From the human T2T-CHM13v2.0 reference genome, Homo sapiens: a DNA stretch of 64,000 bases. The position numbers and the translations under genes are program-made. This document shows positions 1 through 15,560 of this stretch, piece after piece (the first letter of the stretch is position 1; every line of letters starts with the position of its first letter). Under the pieces are notes generated by a model, which was given only the letters and a program-made list of their open reading frames with translations, had not been told where the DNA came from and searched no databases. Location: the NCBI RefSeq assembly GCF_009914755.1, contig NC_060925.1; one strand, given 5' to 3'.

Positions 1-595
1 TTCCCGAGCATGCTTTTGCAGTCTTTACAACATGGCCAGGCTAAGAATTTTTCAAGCCTTTAAGTTCTGCTTCCCTTTTGACTATAAATTCCTTCTTTAA
101 TTCATTTCTTTCTTCTCACGTTTTGCTATAAACAGTCAAGAGAAGACATGCAGTGTCCTCAAAATTTCACTTAGATATTCCTTCTGCCAAATATCTTGTT
201 ATATTGCTCAAGTGTTCTGACCTGCTGCAAAGCACTAGGACATAAATGCAATTCAGCCAAGCTCTTTGCCATTTTATAACAAGAATTGCCTTTCCACTAG
301 TTTCCAATATCTTGTTCCTCATTTCTGTCTCAGACCTCATTGAATGGCCTTTACCATCTATATTTCGCCCAACATTCTGATCATAACCACTTAGGTAATC
401 TCTAAGAAGGTTAAGGCTTTCTCTGAAGTGCTCTTCTTCTTTTGAGCACTAGCCAAAATTCCCCTTAAATATATATACTTTTTCTAGCATGGTCCTTCAA
501 ATTCTTCCAGCCTCTACCCATTACCCAGTTACAAAGCCACTTCTGCATTTTTAGGTATTTCTTACAGAAGTACCATGCTTCTTCATATGAATTTC
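1..595 (-). mobile_element. MaLR internal sequence (MST/MLT1A-int type), runs off the window start
   Basis: cctctacccattacccagttacaaagccacttc...tttaggtattt is the reverse complement of the MaLR-int 5' end and abuts the LTR at 596. Confidence 0.7.
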
Positions 596-950
596 TTCCT
601 TAGTTCTTTTAGGCTACTATAACAAAATACCTTAAGCGGCATAATTTATAAATATAAATTTATTGCTCCCAGCCCTGGAGGCTGGGGAGTTTAAGACCAA
701 TGTGCCAGCAGATTTGGTGTCTTATGAGGGCCTGTTCTTCATAGATGGCACTTTTTATGTGTTCTCACATAGTGGAATGGTCAAGGAAGCTAGCTTCAGC
801 CTCTTTTATAAAGGTACTAATACCATTCATGAGGCTGGGGCCCTCATAATTTAATCACTTACAAAGGGCTCCACTCCTCAATACCATCACATTGGGTACT
901 AGGTCCCAACATATAAATTTGGGGAAGGCACCAACATTCAGCCCACAGCA
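596..950 (-). mobile_element. MaLR LTR (MSTC/MSTD/MLT1A type)
   Basis: ggctactataacaaaatac...ggaggctgggg...gtgccagcagatttggtgtc...aataccatcacattggg...cattcagcccacagca match the MST/MLT1A LTR in reverse. Confidence 0.8.
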
Positions 951-1864
951 CACATGTTTTTTGGAAGAAATACTTTGAAAAACCATCCTAGAATTTATTT
1001 CCCACAAAATACAATGGGTCATAGGTGAGAGAAGCTTCACTCCTCCCTGGAACTCTCCAACAACACTAAGAGTGAAGAAAAGGCTTGGAAAACATAATGA
1101 AAGCAAGGTTAGGATATAGAATTATTGGACATGGTATTTTATGGTTTTGTTTTATAAGAAAATACTGGTATTTTACTAAAAAGACTAAATAGATCATATA
1201 TTTGAGTCCTGATTCACAAATATTTTAAATTTGATGTTTATTAAAATGCTAATAATCCATTGGGTTTGAAAAGTAAAATGAAATTAGCAAATGCATTAAC
1301 AGACAGTGATTGCAGAAAGAAGTATATTCTATAAACTATTTTCCTCTTGGATCAAAAATGTACCTACATATGGATTGGCCACATTGAATGTGCAAAAATG
1401 GGGTTTCTAGGGCCCCAGGGAAGTAATTACATCATTAACCAATTAATTATTACATGGCTACCATGTACCTGAGTTTCAAAGAAGTCAGATATGGCCCTTC
1501 CCCTCCTAGAGATGTACAATAAACATATAAACATACCCAAACAATATATTGATGCAATGACAGAAAAGAGAGGAGGCAATATAACAATATGGGTGATTGG
1601 AGTGGAGAGGATTTGGGGTAGAAAATGTAACAATCTGCTCATGATGAGATCCGCTCCTGAATGCCTTCCTTTTCTCACCACCCCAAGGATACAGGAAGCC
1701 TTGCTTTACATAGAGCCTGCTCACCAGTGGGCAGTGGGCACGGGTAATTGAAATTAAGCTAACATATTAAGCATATCACTCTTAGCTGCTCTTCATAGAA
1801 GGAACAAGATTTCATTTTTATTTTCCCAACCACCTCTCACAAAAAGTATTGTCTTCATTTTACA

Positions 1865-3117
1865 CATAGGGGAGTTGCAAAATCACACTCTGATTCAGAT
1901 ATGCAAAGAAATACAACTCATTTTCTCCTTAACTCTCATGAGTTTAACTATTAATGAGTCTCTATTTACTCAGTAGTGACTTAGGGTAGTAGTTATAGGA
2001 CAAAGACTATAATCCGGTCAGCTATACTTATATCCTATGCAATAATTTAAAGTCCTTTTGGGTTATTGTTTGGCTCTTGTTAGGTAAAATGTACTGAGTC
2101 TCTCATATTTTGGCCCTCTTCTCTTTATCTTCTGTATATTGGTGTTTGAGAGGCAGGCCAAAGGCAGCAGAGTAGAAAGGCAGGCCCTCAGGTCACTAGT
2201 GCCTTCTTCTGTGGAGGGGCCATTCAGAGCTGCTATTTGGGCTGGCTATTTCCACTGTTGTTGGCAACTGCCTGTATTCCTGGGCATTGCCCTGTCCCCT
2301 GCTGCTAGGGCTGCAGCTGGGCAACTCAGGTCTCTCTCTCCTCTTCTCTCTCTCTGGTATCTCTCCCTCTTTCCCCCACCCTCTCATTTCCCCTAGCCTC
2401 TCAGCTTTATGAGGGCCTGGGATGCTTACTAATTCAGTCTTCTCTCTGACCTCTCAAGTGCCACAGATACATCACCTCCAGTCTCTGCCCTGGTCTCTGT
2501 CCTGTACCTGGCTCTCACCCCTTGCTGGAGGGTCCTATGGAAAGTTTACTGCTTCTCAACTCAATGGCTTTCCATGCCTCCTCAGAGTCATGTGGGAAAT
2601 TTGGGGCACCTCATCACAGAAAATAGAAGTGGCTTTGAAAAGCCAAATTCTGTTTCTCCCTCTGCCTCTCTACTCGTCTGAGTTTGCTTTGCACCTTTTT
2701 TCAGAGTGCCAAATAGAAAGCCAAGAAGAATGACTCCTTCCCCAACATCACTCACCTAACACCTACCAGCCTTCCCCATGCTGGGCTGAGGCACAGAGGG
2801 AAGTCAGGGCACACTCCATTTGCCTCTCCTATCTCCTTCTCAGTTCTGCTTCCCAGAAACTCTGGAGCCAGAAGAGATGAACTTTCAGGGTTCTTACTTC
2901 CTAAACATACATGCTTCTCCCTCAAGGCAGTAAGCTTCCAGACCCAGCTGCCACAGGTGGAAGGAGTAATCATTTTACAATTATAGAAGAAACTCAGTGA
3001 TCCAAGTTGTTCAGGTTTGTTTCTTAATATGATATGGGAACTTAGAAAATCTCTGTGGTTGCTGAACCAATACCCCCATTTTCCTTACTATAGATCCCCA
3101 TTTTATTTAGAGCCACA
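1865..3117 (-). mobile_element. Ancient ~1.25-kb LTR, LTR78-like (tentative)
   Basis: Reverse complement of 1870-2030 resembles the recalled LTR78 3' end; the other end reads TGTGGC on the minus strand; family not verified. Confidence 0.4.
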
Positions 3118-3393
3118 GTGTGCCCATTTCAAAGTGTTCTCCTTCTCCCTGACTCACAGGTTACTAGAGCTGCTCGCGTGACCCAGTCCTTGCCAAGGAG
3201 ATATGAGTGGAAGTTGCTGAATAGGGTTTTCCTTTTTAGAAAGACACAGACTTGGTTGGTGTTCATTTTTTGGTTTATGCCCTTTTCCTTTCCCCTTACT
3301 TCTGCCAAGAATATAGGCACAATGCCTAGTGTTGCGGTAACCACTTGCAAGCACTAAGGATAGTGACAGGGAAAGCTAAAAGGAATCTAGGTC

Positions 3394-3440
3394 TGTATCA
3401 ATCATGGTCCCACCATAAGCAAAACCAGTGGGAGATGAGT

Positions 3441-3492
<52 letters not shown>

Positions 3493-3901
3493 TACAGATA
3501 GATAGATATACAGATGACAGATAGATAGATAGATAGATAGATAGACAGATAGACAGGCAGATTTATTGCAAGAGACTGGCTTATACAATTGTGGGGGCTG
3601 TCTAGGCAAGTCTGAAATCTGTAGGGCAGGCCATCAGGAAGGGCAGGCTGGAACTCAGGGGCACAGGATAAAACTGTAGTCCATAGGTGGAATGAGGCTT
3701 CTTCAGCAAAGCATCAGTTCTGCTCTTAAGACCTTTAGATGGTTTAAAACAATCCCACCCAGCTTATCTAGGATAATTTCCTTCCTTAAAGTGAATTCAA
3801 TCATATCTACAAATTACCTTCACAGCAACCTGGATTAGTGTTTGATTGAATAACTGGGCACTCTTGCCTAGCCAGCGTGACACACAAAATTGACCACCAC
3901 A
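3394..3901 (-). mobile_element. MLT2D-like solo LTR (ERVL)
   Basis: TG...CA termini; tttgattgaataactggg...cctagccagcgtgacacacaaaattgaccaccaca; 5-bp TSD aggtc/gggtc. Confidence 0.85.
3441..3555. repeat. (GATA)n tetranucleotide microsatellite, 13 perfect units then interrupted units
   Basis: Read directly from the sequence. Confidence 0.97.
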
Positions 3902-4345
3902 GGGTCCCAATAGCATCGAGTTGCCACCACAGTAGCTCTGGACTACCTGCCTTTGTCTTTGTAGTCCAGAGCTACGTGGTGCTCTGTTTGTTTTCCAGAG
4001 AAAAACAAATGCTATTAAGATGTAGTAGCCAGGTTTCCATTACATACAACCAAATGCAAATCCTAATTAATATATTATTTTGCTCAGCTTTAAGCCCTTA
4101 ACTTATAGATTCAAACAAATATCTAATTTTAGAGTCAAAACGAACAATAGGTCTGTTCTTGTAGGAGGGTGTTGTGCTTCTCCCCAAGCTCTGAAATTCA
4201 TTGCTTCAAAGGGTAAGAAGGCCCACAGGCAATAAGATTTATGAAATATGAAAATGCAACCGAAAATGTTTAACAAAAAAAATCGTTTTAAATGCTACAT
4301 ATGTACAAAATTAGTAATTTGATCAAGATTGGAATCCAGAACTGT

Positions 4346-4605
4346 CTGAAACTGAAACCTGTCCCCTTTTCTCCTATGTCAAGATATGAGCAAAACTCTC
4401 TGCTTGGCTGTCTATAGGAAAGAGAACCATCAACAAAGGTGAATTTGTTTAAAGCTGCATATTCATAAGAATTATCATCATAAAAACTGCCAGAAATATT
4501 TTTTAAATCAGATTTATTCAATATTAATTCATTCTCACTAGTGCTATTGAAACTGAAATTTCAGCTTCTATATCTTAGGCTGGTCTATGGCTGTGTGAGA
4601 AACAA
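4346..4605 (+). repeat. Diverged local duplication, copy 1 (partner 5813-6083)
   Basis: Collinear matches such as caagatatgagcaaaa/caagatattagcaaaa, cataaaaactgccag/cataaaaacttccag and gtctatggctgtgtga. Confidence 0.9.
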
Positions 4606-5275
4606 GAGAAAGAAAATTAAAGCTGACCACTTCTCAATGTGAGCTGTCCAAAACCACAAAGAGGTACTTTGAGTAAGTGGGACAGGACAGGGGCAAGTGG
4701 GTCAGCCAGTGCTTCAGTGTCTACTTGTTCTTGTCCAGTGAGCGTGTCAAGATGGGGCTATTAATTTGTAAGTGTCAACTTGATTTTCAAAACTTTGGTG
4801 CTGATCTGTTAAGACAGCATGCACCTTCTTTCCCTTCAAAGACCCCTGATGATAAAGACTCCTTGTGTTTCTCTGGAGTCTTAGGAGATCTTCCCTTTCT
4901 TTGCTCCTTCAGTGCCACAAACATTTAGCAGGTAGACATGGTCAAATAAAGATTTTGATCTTCATTTTATGTAAGAGGAAGCAGCTTTAAAGACGAGAAG
5001 CTTTAAAGACAAATTGAATTTATGTGGCAAGCAAACCACATCACCTTCCATGATCCCTGAGGAAGAAATAGAGGAAAAATCAGCACCTTAAAATACTTAG
5101 GAAAATCTCTTAAAAATTGAATAAAATTTGGGCCAGAATGTCTTACTTATGACAAGAGACCAAGAAGTGCAGAAGAGCATGGACCTCTACCTCTTTTCTA
5201 ACTGGAGGACTAAGATTCACAAAATCTGCCCAGAGCAGTGCACTATCCCGTATTTCAAATATTGTTTTCTTTAAT

Positions 5276-5343
5276 TTGCCGCAGCTTCTACATCAGAACT
5301 TGCTGTTTCACCTTGCACTTTTATAGAGATGGCTTCTTTCCTT
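5276..5343 (-). mobile_element. Orphan internal Tigger1 fragment
   Basis: gcagcttctacatcagaacttgctgtttcaccttgcacttttat...ggcttctttcctt matches 9818-9890 and 63944-63990. Confidence 0.85.
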
Positions 5344-5812
5344 CTTTCTTGTGGGGTTATTAGAGATGGTTTGAGGAGGCTGCATTTGTCCACTTGCTTA
5401 TTATTTGTTAAATGCCATTAAGTTCATTTCTGAATTGTTTTAAGGCCATGTGTATATTCAGACTCCATCACTTCTTGGGCCAAGTTGGGAGTGTGGTAAG
5501 TACCAACTGAATCACTAATGAGATCCCCTGTGGTTGGTCATGAATAGTGGGAAGAAGAATAAAAATTCACCCTTTTCTTAGACTAAAATAAAACTAGACC
5601 TACTTCAAACAGTTAAAAATAAAAACATATCTTACCATGGTGTGTCCTTCTGATTATGTCTTAAAGTAGATAATAATTACCAGCATTTGCATAGCACCTT
5701 ACAAATTATGGAGTACTTTCAGAGCCACAATTTCAATCAATATAATTGAGAATCTGACCTTCTGAGGGGGTCAAGAAAAACTTCTTTGAAGCAGCAACTT
5801 TTGAGCTTGGCC

Positions 5813-6083
5813 CTGAAGCTAAAACCCATTCCCTTTCTGCTATACCAAGATATTAGCAAAAGTCTCCATTTGGCTGCCTATAGGAGAGGAATCATCAAAC
5901 ATGGGTTTGTTTAAAACCCATTTCATAAGAGTAATCACATAAAAACTTCCAGTAATATTTATTTAAATTAGATTTATTTACTATTTATTTGCTTTCCCAT
6001 CTCCATTGAAATTAAAATCTCAGCCTATATAGCTTCATCAGAGTGACAATTATAGGCTAGTCTATGGCTGTGTGAAAAGCAAA
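5813..6083 (+). repeat. Diverged local duplication, copy 2 (partner 4346-4605)
   Basis: Same alignment as copy 1; this copy has an extra ~19-bp insert (catcagagtgacaattat). Confidence 0.9.
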
Positions 6084-7244
6084 AGCTGAAACAAATAAGC
6101 AAAAAAAAAAAAGTATGTTTTGAAAGAGCAAGAATATGGTGTCTAGGGTGATGAGGGGAGACTCCAGAGGGAGTTTAGCCTGATTTTGAGGATATAATAG
6201 GCACAGTAGATGCTTTGAGAATATATACAAGCATACCTCAAATATATTGTAGATTCAATATTGAAGTAAATACTTCAATAAAATGGGGAATCACATGGAT
6301 TTTTGGGTTTCCTAGTGCAGGTAAGAGTTAGGTTTATACTATATCATGGTCAATTAAGTGTACAATAATATCATGTGTAAAACAACAATGTACATATCTT
6401 ACTTTAAAAATACTTTATTTCCAAAAACTGCTAACCATCATCTGAGCCTTCAGCGAGTCATAATCATTTTGCTGTTGGAGAATCTTGCCTTGATGTTGAT
6501 GGCTTCTGACTAATCAAGGTGGTAGTTGATGAAGGTTGGGGTGGCTGTGGCAACCTCTTAAAATAAGACAACAATGAAGTTTGCTGCTGCAAAAGATTTC
6601 TCTGTAGCATGCAATGCTGTTTGATAGCATTTTACCCACACTAGACCTTCTTTAAAAATTGAAGTCAACCCTCTCAAACTCTTAACTAAGTTTATGTAAT
6701 ATTCTAAATCATTTGTTGTCATTTCAACAATGTTCACAGCATCTTCACCAGGAGTAAATTCCATCTTAAGAAAACACTTTCTTTGCCCATCCATAAGAAG
6801 CAACTCCTTGTCCATTCAAGTTTTACCATGAGATTACATTAATTCAGTAACATCTTCAGGCCTTCACTTCTAATTCTTGTGATCTTTCTATTTTCACCAT
6901 GTCTGCAGTTAATTTCTTCATGGAAGTCTTGAACCCCTCAAAGTCATCCATGAGGATTGGAGTGAATTTCTTCAAAACTCCTGTTAATGATGATATTTTG
7001 ACTTCCTCTCATGAATCATGAATGTTCTTAATGGAATCTAGAATGACAAATCCATCCCAGAAGGTTTTCAATGGACTTTTCCCAGATCCAACAGAGGAAT
7101 CACTATCTATGGAAGCTATCAACTTATGAAATTTATTTATTAAATAAGAAGACTTGAAAGTCAAAATTACTCCTTGATCCTTGGACTTCAGAATGGATGT
7201 TGTGTTAGCAGGCATGAAAGAAACTTTAATCTCCTTGTACATTT

Positions 7245-9393
<2,149 letters not shown>

Positions 9394-10705
9394 TGACCAT
9401 GTGTATTGTCAATGAACAGTAATCTTTTAAAAGGAATCTTTTTATCTGAGCAGTAGGTCTGAACAGTGGGCTTAAACTATTCAGTGAACCATGCTTAAAA
9501 GATGTACTGTCATTTAGGCATTTGTTTTTCCTTTATAGTGCACAGAGTAGATTTAGCATAATTTTGAGGGGCCCTAAAATTTTCTGAATGATTAGTGAGC
9601 ATTGGCTTCAATTTAAAGTCACCAGCTGCATTAGCCCTTAACAAGAGAGTCAGCCTGCCCTTTGAAGCTTTGAAGCCAGGGATTGACTTCTCCTCTCTAG
9701 CTATGATAGTCCTACATGGTGTCTTCTTCCAATAGAAGGCTATTTCATCTACCTTGAAGATCTGTTATTTAATGTAGCCATCTTCATCAATGTTCCTAGC
9801 TAAATCTTCTGAATAACTTGCTGCAGCTTCTACATAAGTACTTGCTGCTTCACCTTCCACTTTTACGTTATGGAAACGGTTTCTTTCCTTAAACCCCATG
9901 GACCAATCTCTGCTAGCTTCAAGCTTTCCTTCTGCAGCTTCCTCATCTCTATCAGCCTTCACAGAATTTAAGAAAGTTAGAGCCTTGCTCTGGATTAGGG
10001 TTTGGCTTAAGGGAATGTTATGGCTGATTTGATCTTCTATCCAGACCACTGAAACTTCCTTTCTATTAGCAATAAGGCTGATTCACTTTCTTATTATTCA
10101 TGTGTTCACTGAAGTAGCACTTTAAATTTCCTTCAAGCCTGTTTTCTTTGCATTCACAACTTGACTAACTATTTGGCACAAGAAGCCTACTTTCAGCCTT
10201 TCTCAGCTTTCAACGTGGCTTCCTCATTGAGCCTAATCATTTCTAGTTTTTGATTTACAGTGAGAGATGTGCGACTCTTCCTTTCACTTGAACACTTACA
10301 GGCCATTGTAGAGTTATTAACTGGTCTAATATCAATGTTGTTGTGTCTCAGGGAGTATGGGGGCCTGAAGAGAGAAGGAAGAAAACAGAGAGACCATCAG
10401 TTTGTGGAGCAGTCAGAAAATACACATTTATCAATTAAGTTTATTTCCTGGCACCCCAAACAATTACAATACTAACATCAAAGATCACTGATCACAGATC
10501 ACTATAACTCATATAATAATTAAAGAGTTTGAAATATTATAAGAATTACCAAAATGTGACAGAGACATGAAGCAAGCACATGCTGTTGGGAAAACGGTAC
10601 CAACAGACTTGCTCAATGCAGGGTTGCCACAAACCTTCAATTTGTAAAATATGCAGTATCTGTGAAGTGTAATTGAATGAAGTGCAATAAAACAAGGTGT
10701 GCCTG

Positions 10706-10793
10706 TGTGTATATATTCACTTTGTACACACACACACACATATGTGTATATATATATGTGTGTGTATATACATATATATACACACACACACAC
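10706..10793. repeat. Compound (CA)n/(TA)n/(TG)n microsatellite
   Basis: Read directly from the sequence. Confidence 0.9.
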
Positions 10794-11779
10794 AATTCAA
10801 TTTGGATTCAATTGAATATAGGCCACAGTGTTTGTTGCTATTGTACATCATAAATGTTTGTTGAAATATATTTTAAAGCTTCTCTCCTATTTTATTGTCA
10901 TATGATCTACTTCTTTTGCCATTTCCTTACTGAACACAGACCTCAGCACATGGTAAGTAGTTTGATAAGAACTTGATCAACTAGACTGATTTGACCCCTT
11001 CAAATTTTGTTTCCTGAGTTCAAAGGGCTTTACTGTCAACACCACTTAGACAATCCAGGAGCTCACCTTCCCACTGCCAAAAGGGAGAACGTAATATGAT
11101 GCAGAAAGGTTCCCTACTCTGACAAGTCTGTGGGAGGGTTTGGTTTCATGGCCGGAGACCTAGCAATCAATTAGAGAAAGGGAAATAGTTGCCATTGGAA
11201 ACCCTGAGGCCCTGTAGCTGTCAGAGGGAGTGAAAGGCTGGAAGCTAATCAGGCATAATGAGCTGACAGTACCATAGATCATGTCAACTAGCATTCTTAT
11301 TAATTTCCTGCCCAACAGCCATGCACAGAGGACCAATTCATCCATCAGTCCTTCCCCAGCCTAGGATGTTAAATCACTTGTCAAATCAGGAATGCAGTGA
11401 TGAAAATTCAGGAGGTGACATAGAGGCAGGAATATCATTCATCATCCCCTAGACCCAACCTTTGGTAGCATCTTACACATACTTCCTTCTGACGGGAAGG
11501 ACCAGACTCTGAGCATCTGAAACTGTCAAGGGCCAGAAAGAACATCTAATTAAGTATGGCAATAAAGTTCACTCATAGGAGGTGCACCCTAAAGTGAGAA
11601 AGATTTTGCAATTATGTCCAGAATAGAAAGAAGTAATTTATTTGCAATGTCTGCCAAGGACACAGCAAAGGATCAGTGTGGCACATGTACCATATTCGTG
11701 GTGTCTCTGACTTAGTCCAACCTTTTATTTTTCATATTGTTAAGGTGGGGCCTAAATAGGGTAAGGAGTTTTATTCTTT

Positions 11780-12080
11780 CATATATTTATTAACCCAATA
11801 AATACTAAGTAGGTATTCACTATGTGCCAGTTCTTGAGTGAGGCTCAAAGAAAGAAAAGATAAATTAAGACACAGTCCAGCTCTTAAGGAAAAAACAGTC
11901 TAGTAGGAAAGATTGACAAATAAGGGATGATTATTTGAATTAACACCAGTGATATGCACAGGCCACAGCAGGAAGACAAAGGAAAGATATTCTATCCAGC
12001 CTAGGGATTCAAGAAACACTTTTTAAAGGAGATGATAGTTGAGTGAATTCCTTTAAAATGTATTCAAGGTCGTACAGATA
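11780..12080 (-). mobile_element. L2 3' fragment
   Basis: ctatgtgccag...aagacacagtccagctcttaagga...cagtctagtagg. Confidence 0.65.
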
Positions 12081-12204
12081 AATAAGCAACAAACCAAAAC
12101 TATAACATTTGTGTCCTCTTATGTAATCTAGTAAAACAGGAAATTAAATAGGAAAAGTTAGCATTTACATCCTATTTATGACATATTTTCTAAATATAGA
12201 AATG

Positions 12205-12400
12205 GTAGTGTATGTATTGGAGAGAACATGGTTTGTATATGATGTCTGCTTACCAGGTGTGTGACCATAGTCAAGTTCTTCACTCTCTGATCCCCAGTGT
12301 CCTTTGAAAATAAGAAAATTTACTAAAAATTGTTGTTGTAAAAATTAAGATACAGTATGCTCAAAGCTTCTAACCCTATGCCTGGAATGTGTACATAAAC
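12205..12400 (+). mobile_element. MIR
   Basis: gtgtgaccatagtcaagttcttcactctctga core; ctatgcctggaatgt end. Confidence 0.65.
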
Positions 12401-13984
12401 AATGACTATAAGCTCCGTCCCACATTATTTCACTTTCACCTTTTCAGAAATATTACAGAGTATTCATTTTGCATCAGGCAATATTTGCAGCTGCAGATCA
12501 GAAGGTAGCACAGGCCCCTGATCTGTGCTGTTATTGAGGAATGTTCAAAGAAGTGAGTGACCTACTGCCTTGGGGATGATTTGGGATGCTTCACAGAAAA
12601 GATGATTTTTGAGCAATTTTCCGGGTAACATTGAGGGATAGGACAGGATATGCTGGCAGAAGAAGTACCTTGAGACAAGACAAAGAAACAAGGAAGAAGT
12701 CATGTTTGAAGAACAGTAAGATTAAAGTAGCTGCACCCTAGATTGCACTTGAAGGAAAGACAGGGATGAGAGAAAGAAAATAGAGTTGGTTGTGAAAGCT
12801 GATAAATCAGGTGGAGTCTGATTACTTCTTCATTGGGAATGAGCTGCCAAAGGAAAGTTTTAATGTCACCTATCTGGCTCCTTTTAAAAATCCCTGATAA
12901 AAATATTGTCTCCTCTTTTAATACATATTTTCTGGCCTCTGCAGTCCATCTTGGCACCTAAAACAGTTTTCTTCTTCCCAAATCTAGGGGAAGTATATTG
13001 GGTTAGGATGAGCAGGCATGAGTGCCTCACATAGAGGATATTCTCAAGGATGAGAATTTGGGGTACACCTTGTGATTTGAGGGGGAACTTGAGGGAGACA
13101 AAAGATAATTTCATGGTCAGAAAGATAAAAGTTTAACTGGGGATCATTATTATACAAAGAAATAAATACATAACACCGTCATGACCTTGAGGAGAAACAT
13201 CCGGGTGCAGTTCAGGGCTTAGGCTGTGAACACAAAATGTATAACCCAGGGGACTTTTTATGTGTGTACAGACAAAACAGAGACCTGGAGTGCACTATGT
13301 CACTCAAGGAGATGACACATAGGCAGAACCCTGAGGTATCAGAAAGGATTTGCCAAGAAAGAGACAACAGAGGCAAGGAAGGGCATCTCAGGCAAATGGA
13401 TTGCCACGTGCCAAGGTGCGGAGGTTCCAGAGAGCAGTTTCTCAGTTCCAAAGTGATTTTGCTTTCACTCAGGTTACCTCAGTTGGGGTCACAGATGCTA
13501 TGATCCTTATTTCAGAGTGAAGGAAGCAAAGGATGAATCAGGTTAGGCAACTCACCCAAAGTCACTCATCTGAGCTGCACAGAAAGGAAGCCAAACCTGG
13601 ACCGACTGATCAGGGATTCAGATCCTCTCCTCTAGGTTCACCACCTGTGATGGAAAGGTTATTACATCCCTTCTTTTCATCTTTGGGGAGAGCAGTTCCT
13701 ATTGAGTGAGGAACTAGGAGAGAAAACAACACCATATCAAGCTAATAGTAAAGAATCACTAAGGATATGAGATCAGAGTTGGCAGGCAGCTTCTGAAATG
13801 GGGGGATCATTTATGTTAAATTCAAACATGTTGACAATTTAATCCACCTTGAATCAGCCTCACTATTGCAAGACTCACAGCAGCCTGCTATGAATGTTAC
13901 AGATAATTTCTTTTTGCTAGTTAAAGCTAGTACCCCAAAAAGGGATTGGAACTGGTTGGTAGAAACTTAAGAACTGTTTTTCTT

Positions 13985-14285
13985 TCTTCCATTCATTCAT
14001 GCTTTTTAATAAGGAAAAATTGAGTTTCCTCCATGCACCAGTCTCTGTGCTAAGCATTAAGGATATAGAGATAAATCAGACACTTCCTTCATACTGAAGA
14101 GCTCACAATCTAATGTGAGAAAAGAAACCAACAAGTACAACCCAATAAGAAACTTGTATAAGGAGTGGAAAGTACATAGACTGAGAGGAGCACAGAAATG
14201 AGAGTTACTGACTGGCTGAAGTGGACTAAATCAGGCTTCTGAAAGACATGGTTTTTGAAACAGACTTAGAAAATGACTAGAGATG
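13985..14285 (-). mobile_element. L2 3' fragment
   Basis: cattcattca...gcaccagtctctgtgctaagc...gaagagctcacaatctaatg. Confidence 0.7.
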
Positions 14286-14289
14286 GCCA

Positions 14290-15300
14290 GTGGTACAATT
14301 TGAGCATCAAAGAAAATCAACAAAATCAATGTCAAAATCCATTGACTAAAATAAGACTACATATGTGAGTCCCTATGGATCTGAGTAAGCAAATGATCGG
14401 GAAGGGAAAGCTTTTCCTTACAGTAGAAAGCCAACTAATAAAAGTAAAAAAATATTGTATTTAGAAGATCACCATTTGGTAATTGCTATACTCTCAATGT
14501 GTCCTCCAAAATTCATATGCTGAATCTTGATACCAATGTGATAGTATTAAGAGGTGGGGACTTTAGGAGGTGATTAGGCCAGGAGGGCTCTGCTCTCATG
14601 GATTGGATTAAGTGCCTTAAAGGGCTGATAGCAACTAACTAGGCCCTTTACCCTTCTGCATTCCACCGCGTGAGGACACAATGTTCATCCTCTCTTGAGG
14701 ACTTAGCACCAAGGCACCAGGCCCTCACCAGACACTGAATCTGCTGGTGTCTTGATCATGGAATTCCAAGGCCTCCAGAACTGTGAGAAATAAGTGTCTG
14801 TTATTTGATCAATTATGTAGTCTGTGTATTTTGTTATAGCAACACAAACTAAGACAGCAGCCATGACAATAATAGATTTAGACAAGAATTATTAATGGAT
14901 ATTAAAACTCCTGGATGAAAGTTTCAGGAGTAACAGGATATGTGCATAGTTTTAAGTTATCTCTTGCAAAGTCACTTATTAATTACAAAGGGGAAAATGT
15001 AAACTTCATAGCAGAGAAATCTGGAAGATACCACCTAACCAAGAGATCAAAATTAACATCACCAGTAAGGGGACAATTTCACATCTTGTGCCTCTTGACA
15101 CAAAGCACTGAGAAGAACACACATCTTTCTGTGACATTTTTGCCAAAAAATAGCATAATCTAAATCTAATCATGAGGAAACAGATAACACCAAATTAAGG
15201 AACATTCTGCAAAATAACTGACCTGTCCACTTTAAAAATGTCAATGCCACAAAAGACATAGAAAGATTGAACAAAATTGCTCCAGATTAAATTAAATACA
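14290..15300 (+). mobile_element. L1MC4/5-type 3' region split by an MST LTR
   Basis: ggaaagcttttccttacagtagaa...; aattacaaaggggaaaatg...gagaaatctggaagataccaccta; aaggaacattctgcaaaataactgacc. Confidence 0.75.
14484..14856 (+). mobile_element. MSTD/MLT1A-type MaLR solo LTR
   Basis: tgctata...gtcctccaaaattcatatg...ccctcaccagacactgaatctgctgg...ttgttatagcaacacaaactaagaca. Confidence 0.9.
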
Positions 15301-15469
15301 TCATTATTTTTAAAATAATAATTGTGATATAAGAACAAGTAGCAGAAACTGGGAGCATTTAGGGCAAACCTAAACTCATGGTCACCTTCCTTAGAGCTGA
15401 AAGGTACCTGACCCATTCAGAGAGCCAGCTGTACCTGTGCTGTATACTGCTTGAAGAGCAGCAATTATA

Positions 15470-15560
15470 ATATTTCATTTGATGATCATGACAACTCTGT
15501 GAGGTAGTATTTGTAATTCTTGTTTTATAAGTAAGGAAACTGAGGTTCAGAGAGGTTCAA
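15470..15560 (-). mobile_element. MIR fragment
   Basis: acaactctgtgaggtag...aaggaaactgaggttcagagaggtt. Confidence 0.7.

Noticed and set aside
10940-10958. 13-nt microexon (cag|ACCTCAGCACATG|gtaagt)
   Set aside because: Overlaps an L2 3'-end-like motif, is not frame-preserving and has no other support
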